NCBI GenBank assembly: GCA_038251405.1
Contig: JBBSBH010000001.1
Coordinates: forward strand, 49,125-113,124
Direction of reading: 5' to 3'
Length of the DNA stretch: 64,000 nucleotides
DNA from: Chitinophagales bacterium
GTDB taxonomy: Bacteria > Bacteroidota > Bacteroidia > Chitinophagales > Saprospiraceae
The first letter of the stretch is position 1. Each line of letters starts with the position of its first letter. Shown one piece after another: positions 9,458 through 19,373 of this stretch. The notes beneath the pieces were generated by a model. That model was not told the DNA's origin, ran no database searches, and saw nothing but the letters and a program-made list of their open reading frames with translations. Made by a program: the position numbers and the translations under genes.

Positions 9458-9466
9458 AAGTATACT

Positions 9467-9790
9467 TTAATTAGTGGTCTTTGATTTTTTAAATGCGATA
9501 TAAAACTGAAATACTGCTAAAAAAAGATAAGCCAAGGGCAGCGCCTTTTTACCTAAATGAAAAAAGTCTAATGCCAGGATTATTGAAAAAATTCCTTCAA
9601 TGACAAAGAAGACGCCGCCAACCCAAGGTACTTTTTTTCAATAAGCGGATGTAATAAAGCGATTGCCAAAAACCAAGCCCATCAATAGCGAATAAAATAA
9701 ATGAGTCGTGTCCGGTTTCAAATTTTTCATACGAATGAATAAGAATAACAAAACCTGCTACGATGTGAGCAAACCTTTTTCTCTTGTCTC
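9467..9790 (-). pseudogene. Small membrane protein, frameshifted
   Basis: The minus strand reads KRFAHIVAGFVILIHSYEKFETGHDSFILFAIDGL... It then continues in other frames (VPWVGGVFFVIEGIFSIILALDFFHLGKKALPLAYLFLAVFQFYIAFKKSKTTN*). No single ORF spans it. Confidence 0.4.
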
Positions 9791-9909
9791 TATTTTTTAA
9801 AAGTCTTTAAAAAATCATTCTGTAAAAATTAAATGGTCTGCCAAAAATTTATCGCTAACATTGGTGTTTCCGCACTTATTGCTTACATATTTCAATGTCT
9901 TCATCAAAA

Positions 9910-9999
9910 TTAGGTCAAATTAAGTATATCCAAGGGGCTTTGTTTGCCATACTTATTGACATCTGTAAGATGAGTATAGATTTCGGTGGGGTAAATGAA
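9910..9999 (-). pseudogene. 3'-terminal stub of a tyrosine recombinase/integrase
   Basis: The minus strand reads ...PTEIYTHLTDVNKYGKQSPLDILNLT*. The TEIYTH box carries the catalytic Tyr and a PLD tail follows. No upstream homology remains. Confidence 0.4.
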
Positions 10000-10004
10000 T
10001 TAGA

Positions 10005-10030
10005 AATTAGGAATTAGGAATAAATTAGGA
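10005..10030. repeat. AATTAGGA x3 short direct repeats next to the integrase stub
   Basis: aattaggaattaggaataaattagga, read directly. Copies lie at 10005-10012, 10012-19 and 10023-30. Confidence 0.7.
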
Positions 10031-10047
10031 ATTACAATTTTGCGCCT

Positions 10048-10830
10048 TTACTTTAATGTCACCTTCACATTTTCATTGATAATCCTCGATAGTTCTTGCA
10101 ATTGGCCATTGGTCCAGGCTTCATCCATTTTTTCCGGAAGCATGGGTATTGAGTCATTCATGGGTTTGAAATTGATATAATCCTGCACCGTGAGTCCATT
10201 TATTTTATTTCTATTGATAGCTTGCCTGAATCGTTGCCCTTGATCGTCAGGCTCTACATAATCATACGCCATATAATCCAGCATATGATCTGACTGGCCA
10301 AACCAATAGACATAGGTATCATCGTGGATCAATTTATCAGCTTCGTTGGGCTTGAATTTCACTTTTATTTTATCGTATTTTTTATCCTTTAGAGTGACTT
10401 CGCCGAGATACTCTTTGATCACCGCCGGGTCATTTAAATTAAAGGGAAGTCCAAAAAAATAAAAGACGGCATTCACAGAGGAAGTGAAAGCGTCTATTTT
10501 TTTACTATCGAGCACTACCATGGTCTGGCCTACGTGCCTGATGAAGCCAGTATTGGATAATTCATCATGAATGACGGACCCATTTTCTTCCCAAAATCGG
10601 GTATAGAGGTATTTTCCGTTTAAGCGGGTTGATTTATAATACTTATCTCTGAATTTGAATTCAACACTGGACTCATCAAAAATTTTACTTCCATGTGCAT
10701 GAATGGCATCGTCTACTATGGATTGAGCTTTTTCTACAGCAGTGCCTTGCTTGCATTGAATTAAAAGAATACCATTTACTGCTATGCAGAATAGGAGAAA
10801 AAGTCTTTTGAAACACAGTCTGTCAATCAT
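10048..10830 (-). CDS. Exported protein of unknown function (last gene of the OsmC-sulfhydrylase operon)
   Basis: 260 aa with an N-terminal signal/lipobox-like LLIQCKQG. It overlaps the upstream gene by 8 nt. Confidence 0.6.
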   Translation of the reverse strand: MIDRLCFKRLFLLFCIAVNGILLIQCKQGTAVEKAQSIVDDAIHAHGSKIFDESSVEFKFRDKYYKSTRLNGKYLYTRFWEENGSVIHDELSNTGFIRHVGQTMVVLDSKKIDAFTSSVNAVFYFFGLPFNLNDPAVIKEYLGEVTLKDKKYDKIKVKFKPNEADKLIHDDTYVYWFGQSDHMLDYMAYDYVEPDDQGQRFRQAINRNKINGLTVQDYINFKPMNDSIPMLPEKMDEAWTNGQLQELSRIINENVKVTLK

Positions 10831-12001
10831 GGCTCAAAGCTAAGAGAATATCTTCAGTTATGTCGTCGATGTGCTCAAGACCGACACTGAAGCGTACGAG
10901 ATTGGGGGTAATTCCTACAGCCTGTCTTTCTGCCTCTGTAAGGCGCATATGAGTAGACGAGGTAGGGTGGGTCGCTATGGTGCGGGTATCGCCCAGGTTA
11001 GGGGAGATCGAAATCATTTCTAAACGGTCAATAAATCTCCGGGTTTGAGCTTCATTGCCATTTATCTTTAGACAAACTATACCACCTCCGGCTTTCATTT
11101 GTTTTTTGGCAAGTGCTACCTGGGGGTGATGGGCACTGAAAGGATAGATCACTTCCTCTAATTGGTCATGACCTTGTAAATTATGTGTAAGAAGGGAGGC
11201 ATTGGTACAGTGGGCCATTACCCGCAGGGAAAGGGTCTCTACAGATTTACTCATGATCCATGCATTGAAAGCAGAAAGCGAAGGCCCGGTATGTCTATTG
11301 AAAAAAACTAATTTTTCGATCAAATCTGATCTGCCTACCACCATGCCGCCAAGTAATCTACCATGACCATCAGCGTATTTTGTAGTGGAATGAATTACCA
11401 GGTCTGCACCAAAATGTATAGGTTTTTGCAGAATGGGTGTCGCAAAACAATTGTCAACCACCATCAGAATACCATGGCTGTTGCAGAATGATTTTACTTT
11501 TTCCAGATCGGTAATCCACAGCGAAGGATTAGACGGGGTCTCCAAAAAAACCATTCTCGTGTTTTTAGTGATGGCTTTTTCCCAGCTTTCTATATCTACC
11601 GGATCTACATAGGTGCACGTAATACCCCATTTAGGCAATATATTGGATAAGATCTGAATAGCTGAACCGAATAATGCTCTTGAAGCAATGATATGATCCC
11701 CGCTGGAAAGTAAGGCAGCAAAACTGCTAAACACCGCCGCCATACCTGTGGCAGTTGCTACACCAGCTGGTGCATTTTCAAGGTGACAGAATTTTTTCAC
11801 TAATTCTTCTACATTGGGATTAGAGTACCTGGAGTAAACATTTGCATCTACAGTCCCTGAAAAAGCATCTGCCATATCATCAGCACTATCAAATGCATAA
11901 CTTGAAGTAAGAAACAAGGGTACACTATGTTCCCCATGAATCGATCTGGGGGCTTGTTCTCTTATGGCTAACGTTTCGTCTTTATATTTTCTGCTGGTCA
12001 T
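10823..12001 (-). CDS. Cys/Met-metabolism PLP enzyme (O-succinyl/acetyl-homoserine sulfhydrylase or cystathionine gamma-synthase type)
   Basis: 392 aa with the PLP-lysine box HSTTKYADGHG. The N-terminus (SVPLFLTSSYAF, YSRYSNPN) is typical of the trans-sulfuration family. Confidence 0.85.
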   Translation of the reverse strand: MTSRKYKDETLAIREQAPRSIHGEHSVPLFLTSSYAFDSADDMADAFSGTVDANVYSRYSNPNVEELVKKFCHLENAPAGVATATGMAAVFSSFAALLSSGDHIIASRALFGSAIQILSNILPKWGITCTYVDPVDIESWEKAITKNTRMVFLETPSNPSLWITDLEKVKSFCNSHGILMVVDNCFATPILQKPIHFGADLVIHSTTKYADGHGRLLGGMVVGRSDLIEKLVFFNRHTGPSLSAFNAWIMSKSVETLSLRVMAHCTNASLLTHNLQGHDQLEEVIYPFSAHHPQVALAKKQMKAGGGIVCLKINGNEAQTRRFIDRLEMISISPNLGDTRTIATHPTSSTHMRLTEAERQAVGITPNLVRFSVGLEHIDDITEDILLALSHD

Positions 12002-12416
12002 TATCGTAAATAGTATATGAATGAGTGATGGGTGCTGTTTTTTTCAAAATTTGGGCTACGGAACAATATTTATCCACAGATAGATCTATTGCTTTTTTTA
12101 CTTGTTTTTCATCCAATGAGCCATATAAATGGAAATGAATATGAATCCTGGTAAATAATGAGGGGATATGTACAGGATCCCTTTCTGCATCAATCTCTAC
12201 TTTTATATCTTTCAGATCTTGCCTGAATTTCTTTAAAAATAATACCACATCTATAGAGCTGCATCCTCCCAATGCACCGATAAGGCTTTCCATAGGTCCC
12301 ATGGCAAGTCCCGTGCCGCCAACACCTTCTTTTGCATCCAAAAATAGAGTACTACCTCTTTCATTGGATACTCTAAAATGCATGGGATGACCTACTCGCT
12401 CCAGATTGATTTTCAT
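11982..12416 (-). CDS. OsmC-family protein
   Basis: 144 aa. Contains GPMESLIGALGGCSSIDVV and KYCSVAQIL, the two conserved Cys regions. Confidence 0.75.
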   Translation of the reverse strand: MKINLERVGHPMHFRVSNERGSTLFLDAKEGVGGTGLAMGPMESLIGALGGCSSIDVVLFLKKFRQDLKDIKVEIDAERDPVHIPSLFTRIHIHFHLYGSLDEKQVKKAIDLSVDKYCSVAQILKKTAPITHSYTIYDNDQQKI

Positions 12417-12454
12417 TCATCAAATTATTTGTCGCTACAAAGCTAATTGATTTC

Positions 12455-12462
12455 TATTTTTG
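12455..12462 (+). promoter_or_regulatory. Bacteroidota -7 box TAttTTTG upstream of metX
   Basis: tatttttg matches TAnnTTTG. It lies 12 nt before the in-frame GTG at 12474, and a TTG lies at 12429-12431. Confidence 0.4.
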
Positions 12463-12473
12463 CACTTCTTATT

Positions 12474-13457
12474 GTGACAGAAATAAAACAATATAAATAT
12501 TCAGCTTCATTTCCTTTGGAATGTGGCGATGCATTACCGGGTATCGACATCTCTTATACGGATAGTGGTGATGCTTCATTACCCGTAATATGGATTTGTC
12601 ATGCATTGACTGCAAATGCAAATCCAGTAGAGTGGTGGCCTGGCCTCGTAGGAGATGGAAAACTATTTAATGCAAGCAAGTATAGAATTATTTGCGCGAA
12701 TATCCTGGGCTCCTGTTATGGCACCACTGGGCCGGTAAATGACGACTTGAAGGATAAATTTCCTTTAATTACGATCCGTGATATGGTGCATGCACATCAA
12801 ATCTTACAATCGCACCTGGGCATACAAAAAATTTACCTTGCTTTAGGGGGTTCTATGGGTGGTCAGCAAGTAATAGAGTGGGCTATAGATGATCCGTATC
12901 TCTTTGAGCATATCTGCCTGCTTTCCTGTAATGCCCATCACTCCCCATGGGGAATCGCTTTTAATGAAGCCCAGCGAATGGCTGTGCTTGCAGGAATCAG
13001 GGAGGATGGAAGTATCAATCTTTTAGGCCTGGAAGCGGCAAGAGGACTGGCATTGCTTTCGTACAGAAACTACATCACATTCGATATGGCTCAATCGGAA
13101 ACCGAAGAAAAAATAGACCATTTCAGAGCCTCCAGTTATCAACGATATCAAGGTCAAAAATTGAGTAAAAGATTTGATCCCTATGCTTACATCACATTGA
13201 GTAAGGCAATGGATAGTCATCATGTGGGCAGAGGCAGAGGTGGTATTCCCCATGCACTATCGATGATCAAGGCAAAAACAGCGGTAATAGGAATTAATAC
13301 CGATGTTTTGTTTCCAATAGGTGAGCAGAAACTATTAGCTGATTATATTCCGAATGCCAGTTTTGATAAAATTCATTCTGACTTTGGTCACGATGGTTTT
13401 TTACTGGAATTTGAAAGAATTCAAGGAGTTTTGGAGAATAGATTATCGATCTTATAA
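12474..13457 (+). CDS. metX: Homoserine O-acetyltransferase
   Basis: The ORF track gives 12447..13457. I prefer the GTG at 12474 (VTEIKQYKYSASFPLECGDALPGIDISYT) because the -7 box lies inside the longer ORF. The nucleophile elbow is GGSMGGQQ and the C-terminal region reads HDGFLLE. Confidence 0.85.
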   Translation: MTEIKQYKYSASFPLECGDALPGIDISYTDSGDASLPVIWICHALTANANPVEWWPGLVGDGKLFNASKYRIICANILGSCYGTTGPVNDDLKDKFPLITIRDMVHAHQILQSHLGIQKIYLALGGSMGGQQVIEWAIDDPYLFEHICLLSCNAHHSPWGIAFNEAQRMAVLAGIREDGSINLLGLEAARGLALLSYRNYITFDMAQSETEEKIDHFRASSYQRYQGQKLSKRFDPYAYITLSKAMDSHHVGRGRGGIPHALSMIKAKTAVIGINTDVLFPIGEQKLLADYIPNASFDKIHSDFGHDGFLLEFERIQGVLENRLSIL

Positions 13458-13467
13458 TGCAGGGCTA

Positions 13468-13704
13468 TTAATTTTCTATACCATTTGTTTTTGACAATTT
13501 GTATTTTTCAGGTTTGCCAGGAATTCGTTCTATTATTCCTCTCGCTTCCAGGTCTAATTTTACAGTTTCACCATACCATTGAACTCCTCCTTTGAAATTG
13601 TCTTTGACCCGAGCAAACAACTGTTCCATTAATTCTGTATGGTCAGGTTGCGATTGCTTTGCAATAGCCAGCAGATGGAATTTGATTACCTGATACTTTT
13701 CCAA
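13468..13704 (-). CDS. Small hypothetical protein
   Basis: 78-aa ORF downstream of the czcB-like gene. I recognise no motifs. Confidence 0.35.
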   Translation of the reverse strand: MEKYQVIKFHLLAIAKQSQPDHTELMEQLFARVKDNFKGGVQWYGETVKLDLEARGIIERIPGKPEKYKLSKTNGIEN

Positions 13705-13780
13705 TTAGATGGACTTATTTGTCTTTCCTTTTTTGGTATGTAATGTTTGTATTTTTTCTGGGTTCATTACATTATCAGAG

Positions 13781-14914
13781 TTAAAGTTCCTCATCGTTTT
13801 TCATAGCCATCAAAAGGGTATAAGCTCCCCTAGTGACTATTTTTTTATTCAACAGATCCTCATGATTAATGATTTCAACCATTTCGTTTTCCATATCTCC
13901 AAGGGTAACGGGATGCATTAGATATTGGTGATCCATTTCTTCTACAAATACAAAATTATTTCCTTCGTAGGTGACTATGGAAGTCTCGGGTAAAGTCCAG
14001 GTGTCGTGATTCAGAAGCTCTATAGTGGCATTCATATACATACCGGGTAATAAATTTTTGTCATAATCTTCAAAATGACAATGTACATCTACGGTATGGT
14101 CACTACCTATAATTTTTCCAATAAGAATGATTTTACAGGGATGTTTCAGCGTTGGATTATGATTGGAGTAGGCAGAAAGATGTTGACCAATCTTTAATTT
14201 GTCAATGTCTTTTTCGAAAATCTTAAGATTGAGATGAATATCGCTGGGATCTATTAATTCAAACAATACTTCCGTAGGGTTAACATACTTACCGATATTT
14301 ACTTTCACATCAGATACATACCCTTTGATAGGAGAGTAGATATATACTTTGCTGGAGATGGTAGTTTCGTCTAATTTGGCAGGATTGATATTTATTATTT
14401 TTAGCTTTTCTCTTAATGCACTTAAAGTGATTTTTAGTAATTGATACTCATTTTCTGCTATTTGAAATACTTTATCGCTACTGGCTTGAGATTGATTTAA
14501 TTCTTTTTGTCGCAGATATTCTTTTTCGGCCAGGTTGAGCCTGGTTTTTGCGATTAAAAAATCATGTTGCAATTGGATATACTGTTGGTCTTCCAAAACA
14601 GCAAGTACGCTGCCTTTATTGATATGCGTCCCTGGAAGCAGATCAGTTGACAGCAAGTAACCACCCATTGGCGCACTTATTGAAATCATATTTTGTGGGG
14701 GGGCATCTATAATTCCATTGACCTTCATGGTAGAGCTCATATTCTTTTTTTCAATACTACCCATTTGAATGGAGGCATTCTTTGATTGAGAAGTGGAAAG
14801 CACAACAGCATTTTGGTCTCTTGAGTTTTCCTCTACAGGCATTGGAGTTGCCTTCTTCTCCTTGCAAGAGAATAAGAGCAAAACAGACAGGTAAGGAAGA
14901 AATATATATTTCAT
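13781..14914 (-). CDS. Efflux RND periplasmic adaptor (CzcB/HlyD family)
   Basis: 377 aa with lipobox LLFSCK. It has a coiled-coil hairpin (QLQHDFLIAKTRLNLAEKEYLRQKEL) and beta-barrel segments. It starts 4 nt after the pump gene. Confidence 0.85.
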   Translation of the reverse strand: MKYIFLPYLSVLLLFSCKEKKATPMPVEENSRDQNAVVLSTSQSKNASIQMGSIEKKNMSSTMKVNGIIDAPPQNMISISAPMGGYLLSTDLLPGTHINKGSVLAVLEDQQYIQLQHDFLIAKTRLNLAEKEYLRQKELNQSQASSDKVFQIAENEYQLLKITLSALREKLKIININPAKLDETTISSKVYIYSPIKGYVSDVKVNIGKYVNPTEVLFELIDPSDIHLNLKIFEKDIDKLKIGQHLSAYSNHNPTLKHPCKIILIGKIIGSDHTVDVHCHFEDYDKNLLPGMYMNATIELLNHDTWTLPETSIVTYEGNNFVFVEEMDHQYLMHPVTLGDMENEMVEIINHEDLLNKKIVTRGAYTLLMAMKNDEEL

Positions 14915-14918
14915 TGGA

Positions 14919-17900
14919 TTATATTCTGGAAGTAAGAAAATTAATTAAGATAATAGTTTGATTCAGATTGTTCAGCGCATCGAGGTATTCCAATTTGGTG
15001 GTAAAAATTTGATCATTGATTATTATCCATTGCGTTACATTTATCTCTCCTTTAGCATATTGCTCATCCGAAGTTTTTTCTATTTGATCGACATTGGGAA
15101 GCGCCGTATGATCATAATAGAAAATAATATCGTTTAATTTTTTATATTGGGCGATAGCTGCTTCATATTGATTTTCAAGCTTGATGGTTTCTACTTCGAC
15201 TTCGTTTTCCAAAACCGATTGATACATTTTTGAAGCTTTGATTTTTTCCTTCTTGGCATTGTTTAAAATCGGAATGCCCAAACCCACTTGTACAGAATTG
15301 AATCTTCGCCATTTATCATAGTATTTATCATCGGAGCCACTTCCTTTCATGGTAGTACTATTAATTCCTATACTGAATTCAGGTAATAACTGGGCTTCAT
15401 CCAACGTAGTTTGGGCCAGACCTTCGTTTTGTTTTTGCCTTAGAAACTGGAGCAAAGGGTGATGTATCAGGGCCAATGAGTCTACTCTTTTAAAATCGAG
15501 TTCCATCTTGGGGTCTTGATAATCCGGTACCAGAATTACATCTGAATTGAGCAATATTTGCATTTGAATCCTGGCCTGTTGCACCTCACTTTCCAGTTGC
15601 ATTTGCTTTACCTTGATTTGCATCCGATGAGAAGTAGTAGTATTCAGTTCTAACTTATTTACATCGCCTTGTTCAAATCTTTTTTTCTGAATATTTTCTA
15701 TTACCAGCAATAGTGAATCCATTTTTGTTAACAGATCTGCTTTCTCCTGATAATAAACCAAAGAGAAGTAAGTTTCATAAATAGATTTGGTAAGGTCTGT
15801 TTTCGTAGTCTCTACATTAATAGCAGAAGATTTCCATTGTTCATTTAAAAGATGGCGATAGCTTTTTACAAATTTCGGATGATTAAATCCCTGGGATATA
15901 CTGAAAGCATTGTCTTTAAAAGAGCTATTCATTTCTCCATATCCCGCATAGAAAATAGTCTGAGGAATACCTGCCACGGTCTTTATCATTTGCTGTTGGT
16001 AAGCAGAAATTAATTGGTCGTTTTCCAGGCTTTGATTCCGGGCCAGACCCATTTCTACTACCGTATTTATTTTCATTTTGGTTTGACTATTCCCTGCAGC
16101 GGCTAGGATCATAAATAGGAATACTGATATGACAGCGCCGGGTTTTCTATTTTTCACTTTTTCGAACATGATATAAAGAATTGGTAAAATAAAAAGCGTC
16201 AGGAGAGTAGCCACTAGTAAGCCACCGATGACTACTGTGGCTAATGGCCGCTGCACTTCTGCCCCGGCCCCAGCGCTTAAAGCCATGGGTAAAAACCCCA
16301 ATGATGCTACGAAGGCTGTCATCAAGACTGGCCTGAGTCGGGTCTTTGTACCTTGAATCACAATTTGTTGAAGATTCATATTTTCATTTTTTTTGAGTTG
16401 ATTAAATTCAGCTATTAGAACGATACCATTTAATACAGCCACACCAAATAAAGCAATAAACCCTATACCAGCACTAATACTAAAAGGCATGTCGCGTAGC
16501 GAGAGTAAAAATATACCACCAATGGCAGATAAAGGAATGGCTGTATATATCAATAAGCTTTGTCTAACAGAGTTAAATGCAAAAAACAATAAAATAAAAA
16601 TTAAAAGCAACGACACAGGTACGGCAATAGAGAGTCTTTTCTTCGCGGCGTTGATATTTTCAAAAGTGCCTCCATATACAATGTAGTACCCCGGAGGTAG
16701 TTTCATTTGTTGTTCAACTTTAGATTGAAGATCCTGCACTATAGATTGAACATCTCTTTTGCTTACATTGAAACCAACGATGATGCGGCGTTTAGCATCT
16801 TCTCTTTGAATTTGATTTGGTCCACTGACAATATCTATGGAGGCAAAATTTTTCAAAGGCATCTGTATTCCATTGGGAGTTTTGATTAATAGATTTTCAA
16901 TTTGACCTAACTGATCTGACTGGGAAAGGCTTGTTTTTACTACCAGATCAAACCGCCTTTCACCTTCGAATACTTGCCCTGCACTTTGACCTGCCAAGGC
17001 CATATTGATAGTTCTATTAATATCTTCTATATCCAGTGAATACTGTGCAATGGTGGCTCTATTATATTTTATTACTATCTGGGGCATTCCAATAACAGGC
17101 TCGAGATATATATCTGTGGCACCGTCCACTTTTTTAATAATGCCATTTAACAAGTTTGCATAAAAAGAAAGCGTATCCAGGTCTTCACCAAATATTTTAC
17201 AGACTACATCTTGTTTAGCACCCGTCATCAGTTCATTAAATCTCATTTGCACCGGATATTGAAACCCGACACTGATGCCGGGGAGATCTTTTAATGCAGT
17301 GCTCATTTTATCAGCTAATTCATTAAATGTTCGGGCGCTAGTCCATTCTTTTTTATTTTTGAGAATTATCATCATATCGCTGGCCTCCATGGGCATTGGA
17401 TCAGTAGGTACCTCTCCTGCACCAATTTTGGTAACCACTTTTTCTACTTCCGGAAATCTGGATAATATAATGTGTGCAGCCTTGCCTGCATAATCGATGG
17501 TAGTATTGATATTGCTTCCTGTCAGCACTCTGGTTTCAACTGCGAAATCCCCTTCTTCCAGCTCAGGAATAAATTCTCCGCCCATCCGGGAGAGTACATA
17601 TAGTGCCAAACAGAATAATAAAAAGGCGAATGCTATAAGAAATCGCGGGATCCGCAAAGCCTTACTTAAAATATACAGATACCAGCTTTCTATTTTAGAC
17701 ATCATCCTGTCTGCCAGTGATGGTTGGGCTTTTATTTTCTTTGAAAGCAAGAGGGTGCTCATCATGGGAATATAAGTAACCGATAAAATGAATGCCCCCA
17801 GTAAAGAGAAAGCTACAGTTTGAGCCATGGGTTTAAACATTTTTCCTTCAATGCCTTGCAGCGTGAAGATGGGAAGATATACGATCAGAATAATTATTTG

Positions 17901-19265
17901 GCCGAAAACGGCACTATTCATCATTTTACTGGCAGATTTTTTTACTTCGTGGTCCATTTTATTTTGAGTGAGCAACCGACTACTTTCTGTATTTGGAGAA
18001 TGATACAAACTATGCATTACAGCCTCCACTATTATAACCGCACCGTCCACTATCAATCCAAAGTCCAAAGCGCCAAGACTCATGAGATTTCCACTTACCC
18101 CAAAAGCATTCATCATGATTACTGCGAATAAAAGTGCCAGAGGTATTACGGATGCTACCAGTAGGCCTGCTCTTAAATTTCCCAGGAAAAGAACCAATAC
18201 AAAAATTACAATCAGAGCCCCTTCGATTAGATTTCTTTGAACAGTAGCCATGGCATTGTTTACCATTTTTGATCGATCCAAAAAGGGCTCTATGATGACA
18301 CCTTCTGGTAGTGTTTTTTGGATTTCTGCTATTCTGGATTTTACATGTATTATTACTTCGCTGCTGTTTGCTCCTTTAAGCATCATGACCACGGCGCCTG
18401 CCACTTCACCTACATCATTAAAATACATGGCTCCATATTTTATGGCATGACCAATTTCAATTTTTGCAATATCTCTAATGAAAATTGGAACAGGATTAGT
18501 CTCTTTATTAATACTAATATTTTCAATATCGCTTACTGAAGTGATCAGTCCTTCACTGCGAATAAAGAGTGCCGTTGGCCCTTTTTCAATATAGGCTCCT
18601 CCTGTATTTTGATTATTTTTTTCTAAGCTTTCGAATACATCATTTATACTTAAGCCAAAGGATTGCAGTTTATTTACATCTACTATTATTTGATATTGTT
18701 TGAGATTTCCACCAAAACTACTTACTTCGGCGACACCTTTTACACCTAAGAGTTGCCTTCGTACAATCCAATCTTGGATCGTGCGTAGTTCCATGGCATC
18801 GTATTTACCTTCGTATCCCTTCAGCGGTCGTATTACATATTGGTATATTTCTCCGAGGCCAGTGGACACTGGGCCCAATTCAGGTCTGCCCATTCCTGGA
18901 GGTAGTACTGCTTGCACCTGAGCCAATCTTTCAGAAACTTGTTGGCGAGCCCAGTATACATCTGTGGCATCATCGAATATGATAGTGACCAGAGATAGAC
19001 CGAAGCGTGAAAAGCTCCTAATTTCTACCAGGCCCGGAATATTAGTATTGGCTTGCTCTATTGGGAAAGTAATCAATCGTTCAATATCGGTAGCACCATA
19101 AGCCGGTGCAGCAGTGATCACTAATACTTGATTGTCGGTGATATCAGGTACGGCATCGATAGGAAGCCTTAAAAACTGATAAAAGCCGTAGGCAATCAGA
19201 AATACTGTGCCCAGGCCAATTATTAATTTATTATTTAATGAAAATGAAATAATTCTGTTCAACAT
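14919..19265 (-). CDS. CusA/CzcA-type heavy-metal RND pump fused to a C-terminal TolC/CzcC-like outer-membrane-factor module
   Basis: A single 1448-aa ORF. The first roughly 1035 aa are the RND permease (IDAVPDITDNQV..., 12-TM pattern, ending PILYIMFEKVKNRK). A hydrophobic signal-like segment AVISVFLFMILAAAGNSQ follows, then about 400 aa of TolC-like sequence. The junction lies near 16141-16170. Confidence 0.85.
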   Translation of the reverse strand: MLNRIISFSLNNKLIIGLGTVFLIAYGFYQFLRLPIDAVPDITDNQVLVITAAPAYGATDIERLITFPIEQANTNIPGLVEIRSFSRFGLSLVTIIFDDATDVYWARQQVSERLAQVQAVLPPGMGRPELGPVSTGLGEIYQYVIRPLKGYEGKYDAMELRTIQDWIVRRQLLGVKGVAEVSSFGGNLKQYQIIVDVNKLQSFGLSINDVFESLEKNNQNTGGAYIEKGPTALFIRSEGLITSVSDIENISINKETNPVPIFIRDIAKIEIGHAIKYGAMYFNDVGEVAGAVVMMLKGANSSEVIIHVKSRIAEIQKTLPEGVIIEPFLDRSKMVNNAMATVQRNLIEGALIVIFVLVLFLGNLRAGLLVASVIPLALLFAVIMMNAFGVSGNLMSLGALDFGLIVDGAVIIVEAVMHSLYHSPNTESSRLLTQNKMDHEVKKSASKMMNSAVFGQIIILIVYLPIFTLQGIEGKMFKPMAQTVAFSLLGAFILSVTYIPMMSTLLLSKKIKAQPSLADRMMSKIESWYLYILSKALRIPRFLIAFAFLLFCLALYVLSRMGGEFIPELEEGDFAVETRVLTGSNINTTIDYAGKAAHIILSRFPEVEKVVTKIGAGEVPTDPMPMEASDMMIILKNKKEWTSARTFNELADKMSTALKDLPGISVGFQYPVQMRFNELMTGAKQDVVCKIFGEDLDTLSFYANLLNGIIKKVDGATDIYLEPVIGMPQIVIKYNRATIAQYSLDIEDINRTINMALAGQSAGQVFEGERRFDLVVKTSLSQSDQLGQIENLLIKTPNGIQMPLKNFASIDIVSGPNQIQREDAKRRIIVGFNVSKRDVQSIVQDLQSKVEQQMKLPPGYYIVYGGTFENINAAKKRLSIAVPVSLLLIFILLFFAFNSVRQSLLIYTAIPLSAIGGIFLLSLRDMPFSISAGIGFIALFGVAVLNGIVLIAEFNQLKKNENMNLQQIVIQGTKTRLRPVLMTAFVASLGFLPMALSAGAGAEVQRPLATVVIGGLLVATLLTLFILPILYIMFEKVKNRKPGAVISVFLFMILAAAGNSQTKMKINTVVEMGLARNQSLENDQLISAYQQQMIKTVAGIPQTIFYAGYGEMNSSFKDNAFSISQGFNHPKFVKSYRHLLNEQWKSSAINVETTKTDLTKSIYETYFSLVYYQEKADLLTKMDSLLLVIENIQKKRFEQGDVNKLELNTTTSHRMQIKVKQMQLESEVQQARIQMQILLNSDVILVPDYQDPKMELDFKRVDSLALIHHPLLQFLRQKQNEGLAQTTLDEAQLLPEFSIGINSTTMKGSGSDDKYYDKWRRFNSVQVGLGIPILNNAKKEKIKASKMYQSVLENEVEVETIKLENQYEAAIAQYKKLNDIIFYYDHTALPNVDQIEKTSDEQYAKGEINVTQWIIINDQIFTTKLEYLDALNNLNQTIILINFLTSRI

Positions 19266-19373
19266 AAGACTACTCTTAATTTAAATATCAAATTCAAAAG
19301 GATGATAAATGCAAAAAGATTATTTGCAATTATTGGATCTGCTTTGAATAAACGAGCAGAGTAAGAAAATAAA

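Noticed and set aside
12417-12473. SAM riboswitch between the divergent met genes
   Set aside because: The intergenic space is under 60 nt and is occupied by promoter-like boxes. It is too short for any known SAM aptamer.
16489-18921. Seven plus-strand ORFs (60-103 aa) antisense to the CzcA-type pump gene
   Set aside because: They are shadow ORFs opposite a long, motif-rich RND gene. Their sequences are low-complexity or hydrophobic mirror images.
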